Below, piece by piece: positions 19,039 to 29,136 of a stretch of 64,000 bases of DNA (positions within the stretch are counted from its first letter, which is position 1; each line of letters opens with the position of its first letter). Location: positions 4,951-68,950 of the forward strand of contig DAORGW010000001.1 of the NCBI GenBank assembly GCA_035356975.1, in the 5' to 3' direction. The translations under genes were made by a program, and so were the position numbers. The stretch is from a bacterium. GTDB taxonomy: Bacteria; Patescibacteriota; Patescibacteriia; UBA1558; S5-K13. The notes beneath the pieces are model-generated. The model ran no database searches. It saw nothing but the letters and a program-made list of their open reading frames with translations, and was not told the DNA's origin.

Positions 19039-20490
19039 TTATTTTATTTTATATTTTTCTATTATACAAATTAATAAAATTATAAATCCAAGTCCAAGTG
19101 GATGATCTAGATATGGTGAAAAAATATGAGTCACTAGTATGCTTATAAAAGAAAGTAATAATGAAATAAAAATTACATTATTACTATTTATCAATTTAAC
19201 AGAATCTTTGATTATTTTCAAGCTTAAAATTATATAAAATAATAGTCCAAAAATGCCTATTTTAAGCCAAAAATTGAGCCATCCCCACTCAAAGCTGTAA
19301 GTTGTAACTTGACCCGTGGGGTTGGTTTCGTTGAGATTTCTCGGATCTTTTGAGAAATATGTAATTTCATGAGCAAACCCATAGCCTAGTATAGGAGAAT
19401 TTTTTATATCACCTAACATAGGACTCAATAATTCCATTCTAGAATTACTACTTGCATCAGATTCACTAACTCTACCAGATAGCATATCAGCGAAATTTAT
19501 ATGAGTGTTTGGAATTTTTAATAAGATAAAAATAAAAACTACTGATGAAATTGTGATTACTAAAAATTTTAAATAATATTTTATAATATTTATAAATTTT
19601 TCTTTTTTGAAAATTAGTATTATAAATAAAATAAATAATGCACTAAAAATTCCAAGCCAAAAGCTTCTTGAGAAACTTATTATAATTGCACATAAATTTA
19701 AAATTAATAAGGTATAAAAAAATATTTTTTCATTTTTATTTAATTTTTGAAATATTAAAATTACGAAATTTATTATAAAAGCAATCATTAAATAGACTTG
19801 ACTCTGAAAAAATATACGATAAAAATGCTCATTCATTTTTGTAATTTCTCCTAGTCGCGTGTCACGAATCCACTTGTATAAAGTTGTAAAATCCAAGAAA
19901 TTAAAATGTTGAGAAAATAAATAAAAAGCAATTATTGTTTTAAGTGATAAAAAAAGTGTGGCAGAAATAAAAATATAAAATAAATTCATTAATACTTTTT
20001 TATCTTTTATAATTTGATAATAAATTGGAAGAATTAAGAAAAATATAAAATTATTTATATCTGAATATATATTTGAAATTTTTGTTTTATTAATTAGCGC
20101 AACAATTATTCCCAAAACAAGAATTAACATATAAAAAACATGAAACCACCTATAATTACTTTTTTTAAAATCAAATTTTTTGTTTTTTACAATATAAATT
20201 AATCCCGCAATAAATGAAATCAAGAAAATAAATATTCTAATTGATAGAGAGAATCCAAATAAATCAATACTTATTAATCTCCCAAAAGAACCAATAAATA
20301 ATTCTAAAAAACTAATGTAAATAATCCATTTTACATCGCGTGAAATTAGGTAAATTATTAAAATTGCAAGAAATGAAAATGCAATATAATTAAATATTGC
20401 AAATTCATGAGCAAAGAAAAAAATAACGTCTAATATTACAAGAGACAAAAATGTTACTGAAAAGCATTTATTTTTTAGAAAATTGAACAT
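19039..20490 (-). CDS. O-antigen ligase/polymerase-like polytopic membrane protein
   Basis: About 10 or more TM segments with a Wzy_C-like loop region (SFSRSFWLG). 483 aa. Sits in the glycosyltransferase cluster. Confidence 0.45.
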   Translation of the reverse strand: MFNFLKNKCFSVTFLSLVILDVIFFFAHEFAIFNYIAFSFLAILIIYLISRDVKWIIYISFLELFIGSFGRLISIDLFGFSLSIRIFIFLISFIAGLIYIVKNKKFDFKKSNYRWFHVFYMLILVLGIIVALINKTKISNIYSDINNFIFFLILPIYYQIIKDKKVLMNLFYIFISATLFLSLKTIIAFYLFSQHFNFLDFTTLYKWIRDTRLGEITKMNEHFYRIFFQSQVYLMIAFIINFVILIFQKLNKNEKIFFYTLLILNLCAIIISFSRSFWLGIFSALFILFIILIFKKEKFINIIKYYLKFLVITISSVVFIFILLKIPNTHINFADMLSGRVSESDASSNSRMELLSPMLGDIKNSPILGYGFAHEITYFSKDPRNLNETNPTGQVTTYSFEWGWLNFWLKIGIFGLLFYIILSLKIIKDSVKLINSNNVIFISLLLSFISILVTHIFSPYLDHPLGLGFIILLICIIEKYKIK

Positions 20491-21380
20491 TATAGATATT
20501 TCTTTTTTTTAGGTAATATGTGTAATTTTACACCGAGTATAACAAGTCTTACAATAAACCAATTTATTACAATAAAAAATCTTAAAATTAAAACTTGTAA
20601 TTTACTTTTATGTTTTTTAAAATATACTAGTAAACTATTATTAAAAGTTTTCTGATTTTTTAGGATTTTTTCTTGTTTAAAACTTTCACCTTTGTGATGT
20701 TTTATGCTTGTAATTGGCGTAAAAATTATGTCTAATCCATGTTTTCTTATTCTTGTACATAAATCAACTTCTTCAAATAAAAGCCAGTAATCCTCGTCTA
20801 ATAATCCGCCAACACTCTCTATTACTTTTTTGCTCGTTAATAAAAATGCACCCATAACTTGATCAACTTTTTTCTCACTATTATAGTCAAAATCTAACAT
20901 ATAATATTTTCTTATTGCAGGAATTAATCGTGGAAAAAAATTGTGTAATTTTAAAAGAATAAAAATTTGTGATGATAAAGTTGGTAATCTTCTACATGAT
21001 GGTTGAAGTGTAGAGTCACTATTTAATAATTTACATGCAATTGCTCCAATATTTTCGTGCGAGTCAAAAATTTCAATTAATTCTTTAAGTGAATCAAATT
21101 CAATAAATTCTGTATCAGGATTTAGAAGTAAAATGTGATCGTATTTTGATAGTTTATAGCCTATATTATTTGCTTTTGCAAAGCCAAGATTTCCGCCCGA
21201 TGGAATATATCTAGCCTGTGGATATTTTGATTTCACCATTTCCTCGCTTCCGTCATTTGAATCATTATCAACTACAATAACGTCTAAATCAATATTTTTG
21301 TTAAATTCAAAAAGCGAAGATAATGTTTTATCAAGCAAATCTTTTACTTTGTAATTTACGATTATGATTGAGATTGACAT
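20490..21380 (-). CDS. Glycosyltransferase family 2
   Basis: ISIIIVNYKVKDLL...DVIVVDNDSNDGS. Confidence 0.8.
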   Translation of the reverse strand: MSISIIIVNYKVKDLLDKTLSSLFEFNKNIDLDVIVVDNDSNDGSEEMVKSKYPQARYIPSGGNLGFAKANNIGYKLSKYDHILLLNPDTEFIEFDSLKELIEIFDSHENIGAIACKLLNSDSTLQPSCRRLPTLSSQIFILLKLHNFFPRLIPAIRKYYMLDFDYNSEKKVDQVMGAFLLTSKKVIESVGGLLDEDYWLLFEEVDLCTRIRKHGLDIIFTPITSIKHHKGESFKQEKILKNQKTFNNSLLVYFKKHKSKLQVLILRFFIVINWFIVRLVILGVKLHILPKKKKYL

Positions 21381-21381
21381 G

Positions 21382-21639
21382 CTAATTAAATTTACACCCT
21401 TCTTTTCTTAAAATTTCAATTTTTTTCATCTCTCCCCTGTTATATCCGCCAATTTTTCCATCAGATCTTATTACTCTATGACATGGAATTTTTGGATCAT
21501 AATTTTTATTTAAAATATTGCCTACAGCTCGGTAGGCTCGAGGCTTACCGACTGCAATAGCGACTTCTTTGTAAGTCATTACTTCTCCTTTTGGAATCTT
21601 GGAAACAATTTTATATACTTCTTCAGAAAATTTGGACAT
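21382..21639 (-). CDS. Methylated-DNA--protein-cysteine methyltransferase (MGMT/Ogt) DNA-binding domain protein
   Basis: IPCHRVIRSDGKIGGY contains the PCHRV active-site Cys motif. 85 aa. Confidence 0.8.
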   Translation of the reverse strand: MSKFSEEVYKIVSKIPKGEVMTYKEVAIAVGKPRAYRAVGNILNKNYDPKIPCHRVIRSDGKIGGYNRGEMKKIEILRKEGCKFN

Positions 21640-22635
21640 TTAAATTTTTTGACATAGTTCTATCATTCTATTTGAAAAACCCCATTCATTGTCATACCAA
21701 GAAACAAGTTTTATTAAATTTCCATCCATTACATTTGTAAGTGATAAGTCCAAAATTGATGAATGTGGGTTTCCTATTATATCGCATGATACAACTGGAT
21801 CGTTTGTTGTCATTAAAATTCCTTTGAATTTTTTATCTTTTGAGCATTTCACAAACAATTCATTGATTTGTTCTACTGTAACTTTTTCTTTTAATTTTAT
21901 TGTTATATCTGATAGCGATCCATCAACAACAGGAACTCTGATTGCAAATCCATCAAATTTTCCTTTTAATTTTGGAATGGCACGGGTTACAGCAATTGCT
22001 GCTCCAGTTGAAGTTGGAATAATATTCATGGCAGCAGCGCGGGCTCTTCTTAGGTCGCTGTGTGGGCCATCCATGAGGTTTTGATCTGCAGTGTAAGCAT
22101 GAACTGTAGTCATAAGAGCTTTTTCTACTTCGAAATTATCACTAATTATTTTCATAACTGGTGCAATACAATTTGTTGTGCACGACGCTAAATCATAAAC
22201 ATTTGTAGATTTTTTAATTTTTTCTTCATTTACGCCTAAAACTACTGTTTCTACATTTTCACCTTTTGCAGGAGCAGAAATTATAACTTTTTTGGCCCCT
22301 GCCTTCATATGCTTTTGTGCATCTTCATAAGTTCTAAAAATTCCAGTACATTCTAAAACTACATCAACTTTTAAATCTTTCCAAGGTAATAATGTTGGAT
22401 CTTTTTGAGCATATACTGGATATGCAATTCCATCAACTACAATTCCATTTTTATTGGCTGTTACCTTATTCTCGATTCTTTTTTGAGCACTGTCATATTT
22501 TAGTAAGTGTGCTAGAGTAGCTGAATCAGCTAAATCATTAATTGCAACAACTTCAACATCTTTTTTTGTAAGTGCTACTCTAAATGCCATACGGCCAATA
22601 CGACCGAAACCATTTATTGCGATACGTTTTTTCAT
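21640..22635 (-). CDS. gap: Glyceraldehyde-3-phosphate dehydrogenase
   Basis: INGFGRIGR Rossmann motif and the SCTTNCIAP catalytic Cys motif. Confidence 0.9.
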   Translation of the reverse strand: MKKRIAINGFGRIGRMAFRVALTKKDVEVVAINDLADSATLAHLLKYDSAQKRIENKVTANKNGIVVDGIAYPVYAQKDPTLLPWKDLKVDVVLECTGIFRTYEDAQKHMKAGAKKVIISAPAKGENVETVVLGVNEEKIKKSTNVYDLASCTTNCIAPVMKIISDNFEVEKALMTTVHAYTADQNLMDGPHSDLRRARAAAMNIIPTSTGAAIAVTRAIPKLKGKFDGFAIRVPVVDGSLSDITIKLKEKVTVEQINELFVKCSKDKKFKGILMTTNDPVVSCDIIGNPHSSILDLSLTNVMDGNLIKLVSWYDNEWGFSNRMIELCQKI

Positions 22636-22696
22636 ATTTTTTTATTATTAATTATTTATTAATTTAGAAAAATTTTTGCTTTATTAGCTATTAAAC

Positions 22697-22790
22697 AATT
22701 TTGTCATTCTGAACTTGATTCAGAATCTCAAAATTGTTTTGTGTTCTGGATTCCGGATCAAGTCCGGAATGACAAAGAGCAAAAATTTCT
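22697..22790. repeat. MITE-like inverted-repeat element, copy A
   Basis: ttttgtcattctgaacttgattcagaatctcaaaattgttttgtgttctggattccggatcaagtccggaatgac. Two hairpins (ttctgaa/ttcagaa and ttccgga/tccggaa) and TGTCATT/AATGACA termini. Near-identical to the copy at 24279-24374. Confidence 0.6.
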
Positions 22791-22792
22791 AT

Positions 22793-23578
22793 TTATTTTT
22801 TTACTTTTAAATCATTAAAGACGCCTCTTTTGTCTAATTCATCGTAATATCCACGTGGATCATGTAATAAAACCCTTGTTATTATTCCGTTTATATTATG
22901 TGTTTTTTGTTTTTGTATATTTTTACGTCCAAAAAACATAATAAAGACAAGTATTGGAATCATAATTAACATAAAAATTATTGCAGTAAAATCTTTAAAC
23001 AACACTGCAAATACTAAAAACATTATTACGATTATCAATGGTCCAAATAGTGTCCATGTTAATATTTCTTTTTTATTAAATTCTAATGTTCCCCATTCTT
23101 TTATTGTTGTTTTATTATCTAATATTTTTTTTATTAAATTAGTTGGTAAATAGCCAAATATTGAACTATAGTATGGTTTACCGTTTATAAAAGTAACATT
23201 TGCTTTTGTTAATGGATCAAATTTTTCAAAAATTAAACTTCTATAGTAATGAAATGGATCTGTAACAAAAGAATTAAAATCATATATTTCTATTTGTTTC
23301 CCATTGTAAGTTCCTTTTATAATATTTTTCTTTTGTGAAAAATCTAACTTTCTAAATTTCTTTTTTTCATCTTCTAGAAGCTGTAAATTATATTTTTTTG
23401 CAAATTTTTTTATTTCTTTTTTTCTAGAAAAAAGTTTTGAGATATTCCAAGCTATAATAACTATTAATGCAATTATACATATTATTAATAGCCAAAAAGA
23501 AGAGCCATTTGTAAATATTTCTTCTTTTATGATATCTAAAAAACCTTTTATATCACCCCAAAAACTATAATCTTCCAT
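22793..23578 (-). CDS. Membrane protein, hypothetical
   Basis: N- and C-terminal TM segments. 261 aa. Confidence 0.4.
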   Translation of the reverse strand: MEDYSFWGDIKGFLDIIKEEIFTNGSSFWLLIICIIALIVIIAWNISKLFSRKKEIKKFAKKYNLQLLEDEKKKFRKLDFSQKKNIIKGTYNGKQIEIYDFNSFVTDPFHYYRSLIFEKFDPLTKANVTFINGKPYYSSIFGYLPTNLIKKILDNKTTIKEWGTLEFNKKEILTWTLFGPLIIVIMFLVFAVLFKDFTAIIFMLIMIPILVFIMFFGRKNIQKQKTHNINGIITRVLLHDPRGYYDELDKRGVFNDLKVKK

Positions 23579-23589
23579 ATTTTTAAAAA

Positions 23590-24246
23590 TTATTTTATTA
23601 AATTAACTTTTTGAATCTTTTTATAATATAAGATAAATAATATGCCTCCTATTAATGTTATTAATGAAAGAATTATAAATATTGGTTCTTGTATGGACTT
23701 AATTCCATTTCCAATATAGGCCAAGCTTAAACTTCCGCTTACTTGTCCTATAATCACTAATGTTAAGAAAATTTTTGGAGAAATTTTTGAAAAACCAGCA
23801 AGATATGATATCTCGTCATCTGGAAATAAGGGTAAAAAGTAAGCTAAAAATATTAATAATTTTCCTTTTTCAAAGAAATAGTCATATTTTTCAATGGTTT
23901 CTGTTTTAATAACCCTTTTTATTATTTTTCTACAAAATATTCTTCCTAAATAAAATGCAATTGCCGTTCCCATCACTCTACCAATAAAATTATAAATAAA
24001 ACCCCACCAAAGTCCAAAAATAAATCCACCCGCAATTGATATTGTATAATGGCTAATCGGAGTAATTACTACTTGCAATATTTGAATCAAAATAAATATT
24101 ATTGGTGCAAAAATACCAAATTGATTTATAAAAGTTCTAATTGATTCTTGGTTAGAAAAGAATTTAATAGGAAAAATATAACCAAGTATTAATAAAATAA
24201 TGGGAATGAATGTTAGTAAATACCAAAATAATTTATTTTTTTTCAT
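23590..24246 (-). CDS. TVP38/TMEM64 (DedA-related) family membrane protein
   Basis: GGFIFGLWWGFIYNFIGRVMGTAIAFYLGR is the SNARE-associated/DedA-type motif. Confidence 0.6.
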   Translation of the reverse strand: MKKNKLFWYLLTFIPIILLILGYIFPIKFFSNQESIRTFINQFGIFAPIIFILIQILQVVITPISHYTISIAGGFIFGLWWGFIYNFIGRVMGTAIAFYLGRIFCRKIIKRVIKTETIEKYDYFFEKGKLLIFLAYFLPLFPDDEISYLAGFSKISPKIFLTLVIIGQVSGSLSLAYIGNGIKSIQEPIFIILSLITLIGGILFILYYKKIQKVNLIK

Positions 24247-24278
24247 TCTACTTTCTTGGAAATTTTTGCTCTTTTAGT

Positions 24279-24374
24279 CTTCAAACTATTTTGTCATTCT
24301 GAACTTGATTCAGAATCTCAAAATTGTTTTGTGTTCTGGATTCCGGATCAAGTCCGGAATGACGGGGTGCAAAA
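24279..24374. repeat. MITE-like inverted-repeat element, copy B
   Basis: Identical core to copy A over about 80 bp. The flanking gcaaaaattt is also shared. Confidence 0.6.
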
Positions 24375-24378
24375 ATTT

Positions 24379-24924
24379 TTATTTTATTAAAGTATATCCA
24401 AGTTCAAGCGCTTTTTCATTTAAAATTTTCAAATTCGGATTTTTTATATATTTATCTTCAAAAACATGATTTATTGAATTTTTTGCATCGCTCAAATTTA
24501 TAAAATCTTTTATTGTTTTCATAATTGCGCCAAGTACTAACATGTTCATAACACGCTGAGAGCCAATTTCTTTTGAAAGTGTATCAAATGCAAAACCATG
24601 TGAATTTTTTATTTTTTTAATATCTGGATCATTTATCAAATCAGTATTATAAATTACAATAGAATCTTTGTTGATATAATCATTTGCACGTTTAAAAGCA
24701 CGTTCTGATAAAATTACCATAATATCTGCTTTTAGAAATTTTGGATAATAAATAATTTCATTTCCGAATTGAATATACCCCATAGATACTCCCCCACGTT
24801 GTTCTACTCCGTAATTTGGTACAAAGCTTATGTGAAAATCTTTATTATTTAAAATATCCAATAAAATTTTACTAAGTGATTGAACTCCTTGACCGCCCTC
24901 ACCCGCTATTAATATTTTTTTCAT
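24379..24924 (-). CDS. 2-oxoacid:ferredoxin oxidoreductase, gamma subunit
   Basis: N-terminus KILIAGEGGQGVQSL is the PorC/KorC-type start. 181 aa. Confidence 0.8.
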   Translation of the reverse strand: MKKILIAGEGGQGVQSLSKILLDILNNKDFHISFVPNYGVEQRGGVSMGYIQFGNEIIYYPKFLKADIMVILSERAFKRANDYINKDSIVIYNTDLINDPDIKKIKNSHGFAFDTLSKEIGSQRVMNMLVLGAIMKTIKDFINLSDAKNSINHVFEDKYIKNPNLKILNEKALELGYTLIK

Positions 24925-24925
24925 A

Positions 24926-25657
24926 TTATTTGTTCTCCTTTGTAAATTCCTTAACCGGATATATTGATTTTAATTTATTCATAAATTCAATTGTGGCTTT
25001 TGCGTCTGTTTTCCAGTTTGTAGGACAAAATGATAAGACTTCTACAAATGAAAATCCCTTTCCTTGCATTTGCCATTCAATTGCTTTTTTAATAAATCCT
25101 TTGAGTTGAATTGGATTATCTACTGATCCACGAGCAATATAAGCTGGTAATTCACTTGCATTTGATAATAATTCAGGGCCTTGTATAAAAAATTCATCAG
25201 CCCCTGACTGAGTTGTTGCTGTAATTTGCTGAGGTATTGTTGTCGGTGCTTCCTGACCTCCTGTCATTCCATAGTTTGCGTTATTTACAATAATAACAGT
25301 AATATTTTCATTTCTTATTCTTGCGCTTATTAAATGTTGCATTCCTATTGCATAAGCACCACCGTCTCCTAAATATGCAATTGCAACCATATTGGGGCGA
25401 GACCTTTTTGCGCCCGTTACAACGGGAATTGTTCTTCCATGGTGAGTTTGCATTGTATCAACATTGAAAAAATTCCAAGCCAACAGTGAGCAACCAATAT
25501 CAATTCCAAATAGTGTATTACTTTGAATTTCTAATTCATCAACTATATAACCCAATTGTTTAAGTAGTATTGGATGACCACAACCAGGACAAAAATTATG
25601 AGGTTTAGATGAGTGTTTCCAACATTTTGGCCAAGAAAGATTATTTTTATTTTCCAT
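24926..25657 (-). CDS. 2-oxoacid:ferredoxin oxidoreductase, beta (TPP-binding) subunit
   Basis: CPGCGHP and the GDGG TPP motif. Confidence 0.85.
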   Translation of the reverse strand: MENKNNLSWPKCWKHSSKPHNFCPGCGHPILLKQLGYIVDELEIQSNTLFGIDIGCSLLAWNFFNVDTMQTHHGRTIPVVTGAKRSRPNMVAIAYLGDGGAYAIGMQHLISARIRNENITVIIVNNANYGMTGGQEAPTTIPQQITATTQSGADEFFIQGPELLSNASELPAYIARGSVDNPIQLKGFIKKAIEWQMQGKGFSFVEVLSFCPTNWKTDAKATIEFMNKLKSIYPVKEFTKENK

Positions 25658-25662
25658 ATATT

Positions 25663-26718
25663 TTATTTATTCTTTTTAATTAACTCAATAATTTCTTCGG
25701 GTGTTATTCCAAGTGCTGGTTTATTGTAAGTAATTATTGGAATATTTAATCCGTATAAATTTTCCTTTACAAGTTTTAACAACTGATTATATGCTGATTC
25801 AGTTACAATTATCTGTTTGATTCCCTTTAATTCTTTTTTAAGTGCAGAATTAGGAAATGGATTTATTGTAATTGGACGAAATAATTTTACAGATTTTTTC
25901 TTTGTATCATATAATGCCTGTTTTACAGATGAAGCAACATTTCCATGAGCAATTATAAGAGTATCTTTTTTGGATTTATCAAATTCATAGACTTCATGCT
26001 CTTCAATTTGAGATCTTATTTTATTCCATTTTTCAATTAAAATTTTATTGTTTTCAAAGCATTCTTCTTCAACTGAATAAGTATTTCTTAAATTTATATA
26101 TTCTTTTTCATCATTTCCCCTTTTATCTGATTTTAAAATTAAAGGAAAACTTTTTTCTAAATTTTTTGCTTGTTTGATTTCTACATTTGTTCTTGTCTTT
26201 AGTGTGTATCCATCAGTTAAAACAAAAGTTGGGGTCGTGTATTTCCAAGCTGTGTTAAATGCTTTTATTGTGTAATCATATAATTCTTGAATTGTTGATG
26301 GACTGTAAACGATTCTATAACCCTCTCCATTTCCTCCGAATGCTGTTAATGTTAATTCTTGCTGGGAGTAAATAACCGAAGCAGTTGATGGTCCCCCACG
26401 TTGGCCTATAATAGCAACAATCGGAATTTGCATTGCTTCGGCCATTGAAAATGCGTCTTGCATTAAGATATTCCCAGGTCCAGCAGTAGCTGTAAATGCC
26501 TTTTTTCCTGTCATAACCGCTCCTATTGTTGTAAATCCAGCAGACATTTCATCTTCTGTTTGAAGAAAAATCAAGTTTTTTTTATTCTTCTCATAAATAG
26601 TGTCCCATCCCGCCATTATTTCCGTTGCTGGAGTAATTGGATAACCAAAAAAAGCCGTTGCACCAGCATTTAGTGCGGCATGCACAACAATTTCATTTCC
26701 TGTTAATAATTCTTTCAT
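25663..26718 (-). CDS. 2-oxoacid:ferredoxin oxidoreductase, alpha subunit
   Basis: PorA/KorA-like domain order. Immediately upstream of the beta and gamma subunits. Confidence 0.8.
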   Translation of the reverse strand: MKELLTGNEIVVHAALNAGATAFFGYPITPATEIMAGWDTIYEKNKKNLIFLQTEDEMSAGFTTIGAVMTGKKAFTATAGPGNILMQDAFSMAEAMQIPIVAIIGQRGGPSTASVIYSQQELTLTAFGGNGEGYRIVYSPSTIQELYDYTIKAFNTAWKYTTPTFVLTDGYTLKTRTNVEIKQAKNLEKSFPLILKSDKRGNDEKEYINLRNTYSVEEECFENNKILIEKWNKIRSQIEEHEVYEFDKSKKDTLIIAHGNVASSVKQALYDTKKKSVKLFRPITINPFPNSALKKELKGIKQIIVTESAYNQLLKLVKENLYGLNIPIITYNKPALGITPEEIIELIKKNK

Positions 26719-26746
26719 TTTATTTAAAATTTATTAATTAATTATT

Positions 26747-27322
26747 TTATTCTTCAAATATGTAATCATCATCTTCATCTCTTTCCTTTTTTTGAGTATC
26801 AATTTCTTCTTTAGAATTATCTTGTATGTAAATTTTTTGAGGTTGTTTTTCTAAATTTTCTGAATCAATTTTAATTTGTTTTTCTTCGCTTTCTTCTATG
26901 GTGGGTTTTATTTCATTTGTGTCATTTACAGAATAAATAATTTCATCATTTTCAGACACCTCTTTGTCTTTTGATTTTATTTTATTTTCATATATCTTAA
27001 ATTCTCTATCCATGCGGGATAATTTTTTAAATAATCTTATTAAAATTCCTAGAATTAAAATTAAAGAAAAAAGTAGAGCCCAAAAATAAGGTTTTTTGTA
27101 ATTTATTATATTTATTGAGGTAGATTCTTCATCATCTATTCCGCTTATTTCATTTGCAAGTTTTCCCGCTTCACGCTCTGGAAATGTTAATTCAAGTTCT
27201 TGTGCTGTGCTTGTAGTTATTTCTGTTCCATCTTCATTTACCTTGTGGTATTCAGCAAAACAAATATTTATTGCAAATATATTTATAAACACCAAAAAAA
27301 TTATTGTTTTTATTTGTTTCAT
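26747..27322 (-). CDS. Hypothetical exported/membrane protein with an acidic tail
   Basis: Signal peptide, a single TM (FWALLFSLILILGILI) and a D/E-rich C-terminus. Confidence 0.4.
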   Translation of the reverse strand: MKQIKTIIFLVFINIFAINICFAEYHKVNEDGTEITTSTAQELELTFPEREAGKLANEISGIDDEESTSINIINYKKPYFWALLFSLILILGILIRLFKKLSRMDREFKIYENKIKSKDKEVSENDEIIYSVNDTNEIKPTIEESEEKQIKIDSENLEKQPQKIYIQDNSKEEIDTQKKERDEDDDYIFEE

Positions 27323-28437
27323 TGTATTTTTGATAACATTAACATGTATTTTTCTTCATTGGATTTTACAACTAGAGTTTTTACATGACGCAATATTTTT
27401 AAATCTTTTAGAATTAAATTTCTAATATCAGAATTTCTTTCTCCAATTCCACCGGAAAAAACTATTGCATCAATTTTATTATCAAATAAAGTGATGTAAC
27501 TTGAAATTTGTCTTTGAATGCTATAAATAAACATATTTAATGCTAATTTAGCAAGATTTTTTAATTTATTATTGGGTTTTATTTTTGATTTATATCCAGG
27601 AATTTTATAGCCACATAAAATCATAATATCTCTTAAATCTTTTATTTTTGTAATTCCATATAATCCAGAACCAAAATTTAAAATATCTTTTATCTCTTGG
27701 TTTTTTAATCCGAGATTAGAAAGATAAAAAATTATTTCACTATCAATTGTCCCAGATCTACTCATCATCATTAAACCTGAATTTGGTGAAAATCCCATTG
27801 AAATTTCAATTGCTTTACCATTTTTTATAGCACTTATACTTGCTCCTCCACCAAGATGACAAGTAATCAAATTTAAATCACCTATTTTTTTATTTAATTT
27901 TTTACTAGCTTCTTTCAGCATTCCATAATGAGAAAATCCATGAAATCCAAATTTTCTGATTTTATATTTTTTTGCAATTTCATAATTTATTGGATATAGA
28001 TATGTTTTTTCATCTAGTGTTTTAAAAAACATTGTATCAAAAACTCCAACATGATCACATTTTTTCCATAAATTTATTGCGGATTTTACCGTTTTTAGAT
28101 TTATAGGGTTGTGAAGTGGAGCAAGCGGACTAAATTTTTCAATTTGTTTTATAATAGTAGAATTTAATTTTATTGGTTTTTGAAATTTATCTCCGCCGTG
28201 AACAATTCTATGAATTATTGATTTAATTTTTATTTTTTTAAAATTTAGATAATTATTTACAATTTTAAGTGCTTCATCGTGAGAAGAAATATTTTTAATT
28301 TCTTTTTTATTTTTAAATTCAATAATTGAATGTTTGTCTCCTATTTTTTCTATAATACCAAAATCTAATTCCTGATATTTTTTATCAAAAACTTTGAATT
28401 TTAATGATGTGCTCCCACTATTTATTACTAAAAACAT
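27319..28437 (-). CDS. ackA: Acetate/butyrate kinase family protein
   Basis: N-terminus FLVINSGSTSLKFKVF is the ASKHA acetate-kinase phosphate-1 motif. 372 aa, which is short for AckA. Confidence 0.7.
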   Translation of the reverse strand: MFLVINSGSTSLKFKVFDKKYQELDFGIIEKIGDKHSIIEFKNKKEIKNISSHDEALKIVNNYLNFKKIKIKSIIHRIVHGGDKFQKPIKLNSTIIKQIEKFSPLAPLHNPINLKTVKSAINLWKKCDHVGVFDTMFFKTLDEKTYLYPINYEIAKKYKIRKFGFHGFSHYGMLKEASKKLNKKIGDLNLITCHLGGGASISAIKNGKAIEISMGFSPNSGLMMMSRSGTIDSEIIFYLSNLGLKNQEIKDILNFGSGLYGITKIKDLRDIMILCGYKIPGYKSKIKPNNKLKNLAKLALNMFIYSIQRQISSYITLFDNKIDAIVFSGGIGERNSDIRNLILKDLKILRHVKTLVVKSNEEKYMLMLSKIQ

Positions 28438-28439
28438 CT

Positions 28440-28556
28440 TGTTAATTTATTATTTATTATTTTCAATTTATAATTGATTTATTATTTGGCTATTTTTAAT
28501 TCAATAGTAAATTATTAAATAGTAAATGAATTGAAAATTGCAAAATAGTAAATTGA
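28440..28556. repeat. AT-rich ~115-bp intergenic repeat element (family 2), copy 1. Contains three AATAGTAAAT motifs.
   Basis: About 75% identical to the reverse complement of 36396-36510. Shared blocks: aatttattatt, attgatttNNtatttggctattt, aatagtaaat. Confidence 0.5.
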
Positions 28557-28558
28557 AA

Positions 28559-29125
28559 TTAGATTATGAGCTCTCCCTCATCGTTTTGATTAATGTTTAA
28601 TGCATTTGCCTCATCCATGTCTAAATGAACCCTTAATTGAAAACCTTCGCCTATTCTTACAATTATTTCATCAAGTATTCCCGCCCTATCACCTTCAAAC
28701 TTCAATTTTACAACTTGTCTATCTTTTAAATTGAGTTCTTTGGCTTCTTCAGGAGAAATATGTAGGTGTCTTTTTGCTATAATTACACCTTTTTCTAAAT
28801 TAACTTCATTTAATTCATTTATAATTTTAATCCCAGGGGTGTTTTCAATGTCCCCAGATAATTTAATAGGAGCGTTAATTCCTAATTTATATGCATCAGA
28901 TTTTGATATTTCAACCTGAGTTTGATTTCTATATGGACCAAGAATTCTTACATTTTCTATTGATGTTTTTGGTCCCATTATTGTTACTGTTTCTTGAGCT
29001 GCAAAATCATCATTTTGTGATAATTTTTTAAAGAAATTTAATTCGTATCCCTCTCCATATAATTGCTCTATTAATTCCTTTGTTGGGTGAATATGTCTGT
29101 TTGAATACTCTATTTTTACTTTCAT
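28559..29125 (-). CDS. pduL: PduL-type phosphate acyltransferase (phosphotransacetylase function)
   Basis: Two RHxH repeats (SNRHIHP and AKRHLHISPEEA) typical of PduL/EutD-II. 188 aa. Confidence 0.8.
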   Translation of the reverse strand: MKVKIEYSNRHIHPTKELIEQLYGEGYELNFFKKLSQNDDFAAQETVTIMGPKTSIENVRILGPYRNQTQVEISKSDAYKLGINAPIKLSGDIENTPGIKIINELNEVNLEKGVIIAKRHLHISPEEAKELNLKDRQVVKLKFEGDRAGILDEIIVRIGEGFQLRVHLDMDEANALNINQNDEGELII

Positions 29126-29136
29126 GTTTTTTATAG

